Below are positions 15,743-23,809 of a stretch of DNA of 32,000 bases, piece by piece. The stretch comes from Kineococcus radiotolerans SRS30216 = ATCC BAA-149. GTDB taxonomy: Bacteria > Actinomycetota > Actinomycetes > Actinomycetales > Kineococcaceae. Position 1 is the first letter of the stretch. Each line of letters starts with the position of its first letter. The notes beneath the pieces are model-generated. The model searched no databases. It was not told where the DNA came from and worked only from the letters and a program-made list of their open reading frames with translations. The position numbers and the translations under genes are program-made. The stretch lies in contig NC_009664.2 in NCBI RefSeq assembly GCF_000017305.1, positions 2,520,001 through 2,552,000 on the forward strand. Reading direction: 5' to 3'.

Positions 15743-18265
15743 TCAGTCCTCGGCGGGGACGTCCCCGACCGCGACGGTCACCGGGAGGTCGTCGTCGGTG
15801 GGACGGGCGTGCCCGGTGTAGGTGAACACCTGCTCCTTGCCCTCGCCCTCGGTGCCGATCGAGATGATCTGCCCGGCGCGGAAGTCCCCGAAGAGGATCT
15901 TCTCGGACAGGACGTCCTCGATGTCGCGCTGGATGGTGCGCCGCAACGGACGCGCCCCCAGGACCGGGTCGTAGCCCTTCGTCGCCAGCAGGACCTTCGC
16001 CGACGGCGTGAGCTCGATGCCCATGTCGCGGTCCTTCAGCCGGGCCTCGACGTTGGCCAGCATGAGGTCGACGATCTGGACGATCTCCTCCTGCGTCAGC
16101 TGCGGGAAGACGACGGTGTCGTCGACGCGGTTGAGGAACTCGGGCCGGAAGTGCTGCTTGAGCTCCTCGTTGACCTTCGACTTCATCCGGTCGTAGTTCG
16201 TCTGCTTCGTCTGGGAACCGGCCGCGAAGCCGAGACCCGTGGCCTTGGAGATGTCCCGGGTGCCGAGGTTCGTCGTCATGATGATGACGGTGTTCTTGAA
16301 GTCGACCATCCGGCCCTGGGAGTCGGTCAGGCGACCGTCCTCCAGGATCTGCAGCAGCGAGTTGAAGATGTCCGGGTGCGCCTTCTCCACCTCGTCGAAG
16401 AGGACCACGCTGAACGGCTTGCGGCGGACCTTCTCCGTCAACTGACCGCCCTCCTCGTAGCCCACGTAGCCGGGAGGGGAGCCGAACAGGCGCGAGACGG
16501 TGTGCTTCTCGGAGAACTCGCTCATGTCCAGCTGGATGAGGGCGTCCTCCTCACCGAAGAGGAACTCCGCCAGCGCCTTGGCCAGCTCGGTCTTCCCCAC
16601 CCCGGTGGGGCCGGCGAAGATGAACGACCCACCGGGACGCTTGGGGTCCTTCAACCCCGCGCGGGTGCGGCGGATGGCCTGGGAGAGGGCCTTGATGGCG
16701 TCGTTCTGGCCGATGACGCGCTTGTGCAGCTCGGCTTCCATGTTGAGGAGGCGGGTGGACTCCTCCTCAGTCAGCCGGACCACGGGGATGCCGGTGGAGA
16801 CGGCGAGGACCTCCGCGATCAGCTCCTCGTCCACCTCCGCCACGATGTCGAGACCCCCCGAGCGCCACTCCTTCTCCCGGGTGGCGCGCTGGGCGGTGAC
16901 GGTCTTCTCCTTGTCGCGCAGGGAGGCGGCCTTCTCGAAGTCCTGCGCGTCGATCGCGGACTCCTTCTCCCGGCGCACGTCGGCGATGCGCTCGTCGAAC
17001 TCGCGCAGGTCCGGCGGTGCGGTCATGCGGCGGATCCGCAACCGGGCCCCGGCCTCGTCGATCAGGTCGATCGCCTTGTCCGGCAGGTAGCGGTCGTTGA
17101 TGTAGCGGTCGGCCATGGTCGCGGCGGCGACGAGCGCCCCGTCGGTGATGGTCACCCGGTGGTGGGCCTCGTAGCGGTCCCGCAGGCCCTTGAGGATCTC
17201 GATGGCGTGGGGGAGGCTCGGCTCGGGCACCTGGATCGGCTGGAAGCGGCGCTCCAGTGCCGGGTCCTTCTCGATGTACTTCTTGAACTCGTCCAGCGTG
17301 GTGGCGCCCACCGTCTGCAGCTCACCACGGGCCAGCATCGGCTTGAGGATGCTGGCCGCGTCGATCGCGCCCTCGGCGGCACCGGCCCCGACGAGGGTGT
17401 GGATCTCGTCGATGAACAGGACGATGTCCCCGCGGGTGCGGATCTCCTTCAGGACCTTCTTGAGGCGCTCCTCGAAGTCGCCGCGGTAGCGCGAACCCGC
17501 GACCAGGGCCCCGAGGTCCAGGGTGTAGATCTGCTTGTCGCGCAGGGTCTCGGGGACCTGCCCCCGGACGATCTCCTGGGCCAGGCCCTCCACCACGGCC
17601 GTCTTCCCGACCCCGGCCTCGCCGATGAGCATCGGGTTGTTCTTGGTGCGCCGCGACAGCACCTGCATGACCCGCTCGATCTGCTGCTCGCGCCCGATGA
17701 CCGGGTCCAGCTTGCCCTCGCGGGCCGCCTGGGTCAGGTTGCGGCCGAACTGGTCGAGCACGAGGGACCCCGCGGGCGTCCCCTCGCGCTGGGACTCGCC
17801 ACCCGCCGCGGTGGTCGGTTCCTTCCCCTCGTGACCCGAGAGGAGGGTGATGACCTGCTGGCGGACGCGGTTGAGGTCCGCGCCCAGCTTGACCAGGACC
17901 TGCGCGGCGACGCCCTCGCCCTCGCGGATCAGCCCGAGCAGGATGTGCTCGGTGCCGATGTAGTTGTGCCCCAGCTGCAGCGCTTCGCGCAGGGACAGCT
18001 CCAGGACCTTCTTGGCCCGGGGGGTGAAGGGGATGTGACCGGACGGGGCCTGCTGGCCCTGCCCGATGATCTCCTGGACCTGCTCGCGGACGGCGTCCAG
18101 GGAGATGCCCAGCGACTCGAGGGCCTTGGCGGCGACGCCTTCGCCCTCGTGGATCAGGCCGAGCAGGATGTGCTCGGTCCCGATGTAGTTGTGGTTGAGC
18201 ATCCGGGCCTCTTCTTGGGCCAGGACGACGACCCGTCGGGCGCGGTCGGTGAACCTCTCGAACAT
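15743..18265 (-). CDS. clpC: ATP-dependent Clp protease ATP-binding subunit ClpC (ClpC1-type)
   Basis: 840 aa from ATG 18265, with an RBS (GAGGAGACG). The protein shows the duplicated Clp-N repeat ([13 protein letters not shown]...[14 protein letters not shown], present twice). It has two AAA+ modules with Walker A sequences GEAGVGKT and GPTGVGKT, and a UVR-like linker. The extra 55 N-terminal codons in the track ORF were rejected. Confidence 0.95.
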   Translation of the reverse strand: MFERFTDRARRVVVLAQEEARMLNHNYIGTEHILLGLIHEGEGVAAKALESLGISLDAVREQVQEIIGQGQQAPSGHIPFTPRAKKVLELSLREALQLGHNYIGTEHILLGLIREGEGVAAQVLVKLGADLNRVRQQVITLLSGHEGKEPTTAAGGESQREGTPAGSLVLDQFGRNLTQAAREGKLDPVIGREQQIERVMQVLSRRTKNNPMLIGEAGVGKTAVVEGLAQEIVRGQVPETLRDKQIYTLDLGALVAGSRYRGDFEERLKKVLKEIRTRGDIVLFIDEIHTLVGAGAAEGAIDAASILKPMLARGELQTVGATTLDEFKKYIEKDPALERRFQPIQVPEPSLPHAIEILKGLRDRYEAHHRVTITDGALVAAATMADRYINDRYLPDKAIDLIDEAGARLRIRRMTAPPDLREFDERIADVRREKESAIDAQDFEKAASLRDKEKTVTAQRATREKEWRSGGLDIVAEVDEELIAEVLAVSTGIPVVRLTEEESTRLLNMEAELHKRVIGQNDAIKALSQAIRRTRAGLKDPKRPGGSFIFAGPTGVGKTELAKALAEFLFGEEDALIQLDMSEFSEKHTVSRLFGSPPGYVGYEEGGQLTEKVRRKPFSVVLFDEVEKAHPDIFNSLLQILEDGRLTDSQGRMVDFKNTVIIMTTNLGTRDISKATGLGFAAGSQTKQTNYDRMKSKVNEELKQHFRPEFLNRVDDTVVFPQLTQEEIVQIVDLMLANVEARLKDRDMGIELTPSAKVLLATKGYDPVLGARPLRRTIQRDIEDVLSEKILFGDFRAGQIISIGTEGEGKEQVFTYTGHARPTDDDLPVTVAVGDVPAED

Positions 18266-18363
18266 CAACGTCTCCTCGGTTCGGCTCTCAGCGGCCTGTC
18301 GACCTGAGGGCGCGTGTCGAGCATGCGTCCGCCCCGGGGCATCGGCAACCCCTCGGGGCCCGA

Positions 18364-18377
18364 GTTCGCTGTGGGCG
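18364..18377. promoter_or_regulatory. ClgR-operator-like site (GTTCGC-N5-GCG) about 100 nt upstream of clpC
   Basis: Reads gttcgc tgtgg gcg. It matches the short consensus I recall for Streptomyces ClgR operators upstream of clp/lon genes. It is a single short match, so chance cannot be excluded. Confidence 0.25.
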
Positions 18378-18481
18378 TCGTCACCCCGCGTCACCACCCC
18401 AGGCCGGCGCGGCCGCCCGGGTGGGCGCACCCCGCCCGCCCCGGCCGCGCGGAGGGGCCGCTCGAGGGCCGCTCACGCCCC

Positions 18482-19795
18482 TCACGCCCCGGTGACCATC
18501 CACGCCCCGCCGCGCTCGCGCCGCACCAGCGTCACCAGCCGGGCCAGGGTGTAGACGCCCGCGAAGGCCACCCACAGCCACACCAGCCCGGCCCGCCCGG
18601 GCGGCACCAGCCACAGCACCGCCAGCGCCGCCGGGACGTAGCAGGCGAGGGTGACCACGCCCGCGCGGGCCAGGTAGCGCCCGTCGCCCGCCCCGATGAG
18701 CACCCCGTCCAGGACGAACACCCACCCCGCCGCCGGGAGGCAGACCCCCAGCACGACCAGCGCGGCCACGAGGTGGCGGCGGACCTCCGGCTCGGGGGCG
18801 AAGAACCCCGCCACGACCGGGCTCGTCACGACCAGCACGACCCCCAGCAGCACGCCCACCCCCACCCCCCACTGCGTCATCCGCCGGATCGTGGACCGGA
18901 CCCCCGCGACGTCGGCGGCCCCCAGCGCCCGGCCCACCAGCGCCTGGGCCGCGATCGCGAGGGCGTCCAGGGCCAGGGCCGTCGTCGTCCACACCGCGTT
19001 CGCCACCTGGTGCGCGGCGATCCCCGCGTCGCCCTGGGCGGCGGCCACGAACGTCGTCAGCAGCGCCGCGGCGCGCAGCGTGACCGTGCGCACGAGCAGC
19101 GGGAGCCCGTCCAGGGCGTTGCGCAGGACCCCCAGCGGGTGCGGCCGCACCCGCGCCCCGGTCGCGCGGACGCCGCGGGCCACGACGACGGCCAGGGCGA
19201 GGGCCATCAGCACCTGGGTCGTCGCCGTCCCGACCGCCGACCCGGCCACGCCCCACCCCGCCCCGTGGACGAGCAGCAGGTTCAGGACCACGTTGAGGGC
19301 CGCGCCCGCACCGGCCACGACCAGCGGGGTCCGGGTGTCCTGCAGCCCGCGCAGGACACCCGTGGCGGCCAGGACGACGAGCATCCCGGGCAGGCCGAGG
19401 AGGCTCCAGTGCAGGTAGGCGAGGGCGTGGGGGCGCGCGGCGGCGGAGACCCCCAGGACGTCCACGAGCGGGCCCGACAGCGACCGGGTGAGGACGGCGG
19501 TGACGACCCCGAGGCCCAGGGCGAGCCACATCCCGTCCACGCCCCGGCTCAGCGCGCCCCGCACGTCGCCGGCGCCGAGGTGGCGGGCGACGCTCGCGGT
19601 GGTGCCGTAGGCGAGGAAGACGAAGACGCTCACCGCGGTGGTCAGCACCGCCCCGGCGATGCCCAGGCCGGCCAGCGGGAGGGTGCCCAGGCGGCCGACG
19701 ATCGCGGAGTCGGCGAGCAGGAAGAGGGGCTCCGCCACGAGGGCGCCCAGCGCGGGGACGGCCAACCGCAGGATCTCGGCGTCACGAGGCGTCAC
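18482..19795 (-). CDS. MATE family efflux transporter
   Basis: A 12-TM-type sequence (EILRLAVPALGALVAEPLFLLADSAIVGRLG...). GTG 19795 is preceded by a near-perfect RBS (AAGGAGG). The 32 upstream codons in the track ORF were rejected. Confidence 0.85.
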   Translation of the reverse strand: MTPRDAEILRLAVPALGALVAEPLFLLADSAIVGRLGTLPLAGLGIAGAVLTTAVSVFVFLAYGTTASVARHLGAGDVRGALSRGVDGMWLALGLGVVTAVLTRSLSGPLVDVLGVSAAARPHALAYLHWSLLGLPGMLVVLAATGVLRGLQDTRTPLVVAGAGAALNVVLNLLLVHGAGWGVAGSAVGTATTQVLMALALAVVVARGVRATGARVRPHPLGVLRNALDGLPLLVRTVTLRAAALLTTFVAAAQGDAGIAAHQVANAVWTTTALALDALAIAAQALVGRALGAADVAGVRSTIRRMTQWGVGVGVLLGVVLVVTSPVVAGFFAPEPEVRRHLVAALVVLGVCLPAAGWVFVLDGVLIGAGDGRYLARAGVVTLACYVPAALAVLWLVPPGRAGLVWLWVAFAGVYTLARLVTLVRRERGGAWMVTGA

Positions 19796-19867
19796 CTTGA
19801 GCCTCCTTGACAGAGCGTTACCGAACTGCAACAAGCCGGACTTCCCCTCACCCGAACGGATGTTTTC

Positions 19868-20018
19868 GTCTCCACACGCCGTGGACAGCATCGTCGCAGG
19901 TCAGAGAGCCGGATCCGACGTTGTCCACTGCTCTGCACCTAGTTGTCCACAACCTTGTCCACCCCCTGTGCACAACCGTCCCCACCTCATCCACAGGCTG
20001 TCCACCAGCCTGTGCACA
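19868..20018 (+). promoter_or_regulatory. Array of DnaA-box-like 9-mers (actinobacterial consensus TTGTCCACA) upstream of dnaB
   Basis: Read directly, in the same orientation: ttgtccact 19921, ctctgcacc 19931, ttgtccaca 19943 (perfect), ttgtccacc 19955, ctgtgcaca 19966, ccgtcccca 19976, tcatccaca 19987, ctgtccacc 19998 and ctgtgcaca 20010. There is also a convergent pair, gtctccaca 19868 and cgtggacag 19880. Spacing is 10-12 bp. Confidence 0.55.
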
Positions 20019-20076
20019 GGGCGGTTTGACCTGCCGCCACGACGTCGGTCAGTGTGCTCGGAGCGTGTCGCAGTTC

Positions 20077-20099
20077 GTGTCGGAGCCGTGCCGTAGGAC
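20077..20099 (+). promoter_or_regulatory. Candidate dnaB promoter resembling the RecA-independent (PafBC-type) DNA-damage promoter motif
   Basis: Reads gTGTCGgag-N8-TAGGAC, compared with the recalled consensus tTGTCRgtg-N8-TAnnnT. The last hexamer base is C, followed by T. The 12-mer gtgtcggagccg is identical to the one upstream of dinB at 30568. Confidence 0.3.
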
Positions 20100-20165
20100 T
20101 GCGGTCAGCGGTCGTCGGGAGGACGCGCGCGGGGATGGGGGCGACGACGTGGTGGTGGCAGCGCA

Positions 20166-22877
20166 GTGACGGCGTACGACGAACCCCCCGCTGACTTCGA
20201 CGCCCCCGACGACGGGCCCTCCCGGGGCCGGCGCGGCGGCCGCAAGGACCGCGGCGCGGACGGCGGCGGTGCCTCCTTCGACCGCATGCCCCCCCAGGAC
20301 ATCGCCGCCGAGCAGGGCGTCCTCGGCGGGATGATGCTGTCCAAGGACGCCATCGCCGACGTCGTCGAGGTCCTCAAGGGCAACGACTTCTACCGCCCCG
20401 CCCACGAGCTCGTCTACGAGGCGATCCTCGACCTCTACTCCCGCGGCGAACCCGCCGACCCGGTCACCGTCTCCGCGGAGCTCACCAACAAGGGCGAGCT
20501 CACCCGCATCGGCGGCACCCCCTACCTGCACGACCTCATCTCCACCGTCCCCACCGCGGCCAACGCCGCCTTCTACGCCCGCATCGTCCGCGAGCGCGCC
20601 GTCCTGCGCCGCCTCGTCGAAGCCGGCACCCGCATCGTGCAGATGGGCTACGGCGCCGACGGCATGGACGTCGACGCCATCGTCAACTCCGCCCAGGCCG
20701 AGGTCTACGCCGTCACCGAGACCCGCACCAAGGAGGACTACGCCGTCCTCGGCGACGTCATCGAGGGCACCATCGACGAGATCGAGGCCAGCTCCCACCG
20801 CGGGGAGGGCATGGTCGGGGTCCCCACCGGCTTCGCCGACCTCGACAGCCTCACCAACGGCCTGCACCCCGGGCAGATGATCGTCATCGCGGCGAGGCCG
20901 GCTGTGGGGAAAAGCACCCTGGGACTAGACATCGCGCGCGCCGCGTCCATCAAGCACGGTCTCGCGTCGGTGATCTTCTCCCTGGAGATGGGGCGCAACG
21001 AGATCGCGATGCGCCTGCTCTCCGCCGAAGCGCGCGTGCCCCTGCAGAAGATGCGCAAGGGCAACATGGACGACGCGGACTGGACGCGCTTCGCGCGCAC
21101 CATGGGCGCCATCAACGAGGCGCCGCTCTACATCGACGACTCCCCGAACATGTCGCTGATGGAGATCCGCTCCAAGTGCCGGCGGCTGAAGCAGCGCGCC
21201 GACCTGAAGCTCGTCATCGTCGATTACCTCCAGCTCATGACGTCGGGCAAGCGCGTCGAGAGCCGCCAGCAGGAGGTCTCGGAGTTCTCCCGCGCCCTGA
21301 AGCTGCTGGCGAAGGAGATCGAGGTCCCGGTCATCGCGCTCTCGCAGCTGAACCGCGGTCCCGAGCAGCGCACGGACAAGCGGCCCATGGTCAGCGACCT
21401 GCGCGAATCGGGCTGCCTCACCGCCGGGACCCGCGTGCTGCGGGCCGACACCGGTGCGGAGACCACGATGGGGGAGCTGTTCGCCCTCCAGGCCCGTGAC
21501 GTGCCCGTCTGGTCGCTGGACGAGTCGCTGCGCTACGTCCGTCGCCACCTGACCCGCGTGTTCCCGACCGGGGTGAAGCCGGTGTTCCGGCTGCGGACGG
21601 CCTCGGGCAAGACGGTCCGGGCGACCGCGAACCACCCCTTCTTGACCTACGACGGGTGGAAGCCGCTGGGCGAGCTCTCCGTGGCCGACCGCCTCGCCGT
21701 CCCCCGCCACGTCCCGGCCCCGGAGCGCGTGGCGAGCTGGACCGACGACCAGGTGCTGCTGCTGGGCCACCTCATCGGCGACGGGTCGTTCGTGAAGCGC
21801 CAGCCCCTGCGCTACGCCAGCGTGGACGAGGCGAACCTGTCCGCCGTCACCGAGGCCGCCGCCAACGCGTTCTCCATCGTCGCCGTCCGCGACGAGTACG
21901 CCGCCGCGCGGTGCACCACCCTGCGCCTGCCCGCGCCCTACCGCCTGACCCACGGGCGCCGGAACCCGCTGGCCGCGTGGCTCGACGAGCTGGGGCTGTT
22001 CGGTCTGCGCAGCTACGAGAAGTTCGTGCCCCAGGAGGTCTTCCACCTCCCCAAGCGCCAGATCGCGTTGTTCCTGCGCCACCTGTGGGCGACGGACGGC
22101 AGCGTCACCCTGACCCGGCAGAGCCGCGGCGGCCGGATCTACTACGCCTCCACCAGCCTCCAGCTGATCCAGGACGTCTCCCGGTTGCTCCTGCGCTTCG
22201 GCATCTCGACCCGGGTCCGCACCACCACTCCGAAGGGCGACCACCGCCCCGGCTACACGCTGGACGTCTCGGGAGTAGACGACCAGCGCCGCTTCCTCCA
22301 GGAGATCGGTGTGCACGGCGCCCGCGGGGCCACGGCCGACCGGTTGCTGGAGGTCATCCGCGACGTGTCGGCGAACACCAACGTCGACACCGTGCCGCGC
22401 CAGGTGTGGGACGACGTCCGCCGCCTGCTCGTCGAGAAGGAGATGACGCACCGCGAGTTCGCCGCCGCGATGGGCACGTCCTTCGGAGGGAGCTCGCTGT
22501 GGAAGCACGCGCCGTCGCGGGAACGGCTGGGGCGCGTGGCCCAGGTCCTCGACAGCGCCGAGCTGGACGTGCTGGCGGTGAACGACGTCCTGTGGGACGA
22601 GGTCGTCGCCATCGAGCCCGACGGCGAGGAGCAGGTCTACGACGCGACCGTGCTCGGCGGCCACAACTTCGTCGCCGACGGCATCGCCGTCCACAACTCC
22701 ATCGAACAGGACGCCGACATGGTGATCCTGCTCCACCGCGAGGACATGTACGAGAAGGAGTCCCCGCGGGCGGGGGAGGCGGACTTCATCGTCGCGAAGC
22801 ACCGCAACGGCCCCACGGACACCATCACCGTCGCGTTCCAGGGGCACTACTCGCGCTTCGTCGACATGGCGACCTGA
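20166..22877 (+). CDS. dnaB: Replicative DNA helicase DnaB, interrupted by one intein (903-aa precursor, 475-aa spliced helicase)
   Basis: Helicase motifs are present: PPQDIAAEQGVLGGMM, Walker A AARPAVGKST, Walker B LVIVDYLQLM, LSQLNRGPEQR and IVAKHRNGPTDT. The start is GTG 20166. Confidence 0.95.
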   Translation: MTAYDEPPADFDAPDDGPSRGRRGGRKDRGADGGGASFDRMPPQDIAAEQGVLGGMMLSKDAIADVVEVLKGNDFYRPAHELVYEAILDLYSRGEPADPVTVSAELTNKGELTRIGGTPYLHDLISTVPTAANAAFYARIVRERAVLRRLVEAGTRIVQMGYGADGMDVDAIVNSAQAEVYAVTETRTKEDYAVLGDVIEGTIDEIEASSHRGEGMVGVPTGFADLDSLTNGLHPGQMIVIAARPAVGKSTLGLDIARAASIKHGLASVIFSLEMGRNEIAMRLLSAEARVPLQKMRKGNMDDADWTRFARTMGAINEAPLYIDDSPNMSLMEIRSKCRRLKQRADLKLVIVDYLQLMTSGKRVESRQQEVSEFSRALKLLAKEIEVPVIALSQLNRGPEQRTDKRPMVSDLRESGCLTAGTRVLRADTGAETTMGELFALQARDVPVWSLDESLRYVRRHLTRVFPTGVKPVFRLRTASGKTVRATANHPFLTYDGWKPLGELSVADRLAVPRHVPAPERVASWTDDQVLLLGHLIGDGSFVKRQPLRYASVDEANLSAVTEAAANAFSIVAVRDEYAAARCTTLRLPAPYRLTHGRRNPLAAWLDELGLFGLRSYEKFVPQEVFHLPKRQIALFLRHLWATDGSVTLTRQSRGGRIYYASTSLQLIQDVSRLLLRFGISTRVRTTTPKGDHRPGYTLDVSGVDDQRRFLQEIGVHGARGATADRLLEVIRDVSANTNVDTVPRQVWDDVRRLLVEKEMTHREFAAAMGTSFGGSSLWKHAPSRERLGRVAQVLDSAELDVLAVNDVLWDEVVAIEPDGEEQVYDATVLGGHNFVADGIAVHNSIEQDADMVILLHREDMYEKESPRAGEADFIVAKHRNGPTDTITVAFQGHYSRFVDMAT
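21414..22697 (+). mobile_element. DnaB intein (428 aa) carrying a LAGLIDADG homing-endonuclease domain
   Basis: The N-terminal junction is DLRESG|CLTAGTRV (Cys1 codon 21414-21416). Block B is TANHPF. The two LAGLIDADG motifs are LLGHLIGDGSF and FLRHLWATDGSV. The C-terminal junction is FVADGIAVHN|SIEQD (Asn codon 22695-22697, Ser+1 at 22698). Confidence 0.9.
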
Positions 22878-22884
22878 CGGCGGG

Positions 22885-23703
22885 TCAGGGACGGGCCAGC
22901 ACGAGCACGTGCCCCGTCTCGGCGTCCCAGTCGTCGGGGTCGCCGTCGGTCCTGGTCTCCACCCGCGCGTCCAGCCCGCAGCGGGCGGCGACGTCGGCGG
23001 CGGGCCCGGTCTGGTCCTCGTCGAGCTCGACGAACACCCGCCCGCGCGCGGACAACCAGTCGCCGGCCCCGCCGAGGACCCGGCGCAGGACGTCGAGGCC
23101 GTCGCCGCCGCCGTCGAGGGTGCGCCGGTCCTCGTGCTCGCGCATCTCCGCCGGCAGGTGCGCGATCTGCGCGGTCGGCACGTAGGGGACGTTCGCGATC
23201 ACCACATCGAGGCGGCCGCGCAGCGTCGGCGGGAGCGCGGCGAACAGGTCGCCCTCGTGGACGGCGGCGCCCGGCAGGTTGCGGCGGGCGCAGGCGACGG
23301 CGGCGGGATCGACGTCGGCGGCGTGCACGACCAGCCCCGGTACCCGCTCGCGCACCGCGCCGACGAGGGCGCCGGTGCCGCAGCCCAGGTCCAGCACGAC
23401 GTCGCCGGCCCGGGCGCGCGCCGCGACGAGGTCGACGAGGAACGCGCTGCGGTGGCGGGGGACGAAGACGCCGGGGGCGACGGCGTAGCGGCGGCCGGCG
23501 AACTCCGCCCAGCCGAGGACGTCCTCGAGGCGCTCGCCGGCGACCCGGCGGGCGAGGAGGTCGGCGAGGTCGCCGGGAGCGGCCAGCAGCAGCTCGGCCT
23601 CCCGCTCCGCGAAGACGCACCCCGCCGCCCGCAGGCGGGTGGCGACCACCCCGGCGGTCGTCGCGGCGTCCCCGCCGGTGTCCTCCCCGGTGCCCGCGCC
23701 CAC
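22885..23703 (-). CDS. PrmC/HemK-related class I SAM-dependent methyltransferase (putative protein glutamine-N5 methyltransferase, substrate unknown)
   Basis: It has the SAM motif VLDLGCGTGAL and the substrate motif NVPY in place of NPPY. The start GTG 23703 was chosen because CAGACT-N6 precedes it. The track ORF extension up to 24081 is off-type sequence overlapping the neighbouring gene. Confidence 0.7.
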   Translation of the reverse strand: MGAGTGEDTGGDAATTAGVVATRLRAAGCVFAEREAELLLAAPGDLADLLARRVAGERLEDVLGWAEFAGRRYAVAPGVFVPRHRSAFLVDLVAARARAGDVVLDLGCGTGALVGAVRERVPGLVVHAADVDPAAVACARRNLPGAAVHEGDLFAALPPTLRGRLDVVIANVPYVPTAQIAHLPAEMREHEDRRTLDGGGDGLDVLRRVLGGAGDWLSARGRVFVELDEDQTGPAADVAARCGLDARVETRTDGDPDDWDAETGHVLVLARP

Positions 23704-23809
23704 CGCGCCAGTCTGGCAGCGCCGGGGCCCCGACCACCCCGCAGCGCGCCCGGGCGGTCCGGGCGGGGGCGCCCTCAAGGTCCGGGGCGCCCCTGCCGAT
23801 CTCGCCGCA

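Noticed and set aside
15809-18307. 832-aa plus-strand ORF antisense to clpC, plus several 60-200-aa ORFs in the same region
   Set aside because: They are antisense to an unmistakable ClpC sequence and have no motifs of their own.
18266-18430. 55-codon N-terminal extension of clpC, and similarly the 32-codon extension of the MATE gene (19796..19891)
   Set aside because: The conserved ClpC N-terminus begins exactly at the internal ATG, which has its own RBS. The MATE internal GTG has an AAGGAGG RBS.
19921-20018. Possibility that the ~11-bp periodic array is a CRISPR-like or iteron repeat of a plasmid or phage origin
   Set aside because: The units are only 9-12 bp with no spacers. There are no cas, rep or par genes nearby, and the flanks are core genes. 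A DnaA-box interpretation fits the consensus better.
19807-20169. 120-aa plus-strand ORF in the MATE/dnaB gap
   Set aside because: Its codon usage is atypical for this genome. Its repetitive VH/LV peptide is simply the translation of the DnaA-box array. It has no RBS, so I treated the region as non-coding regulatory DNA.
20925-22847. 640-aa minus-strand ORF antisense to dnaB and the intein
   Set aside because: It is an antisense artefact. I considered a free-standing endonuclease gene on the opposite strand, but the LAGLIDADG motifs are in the dnaB frame.
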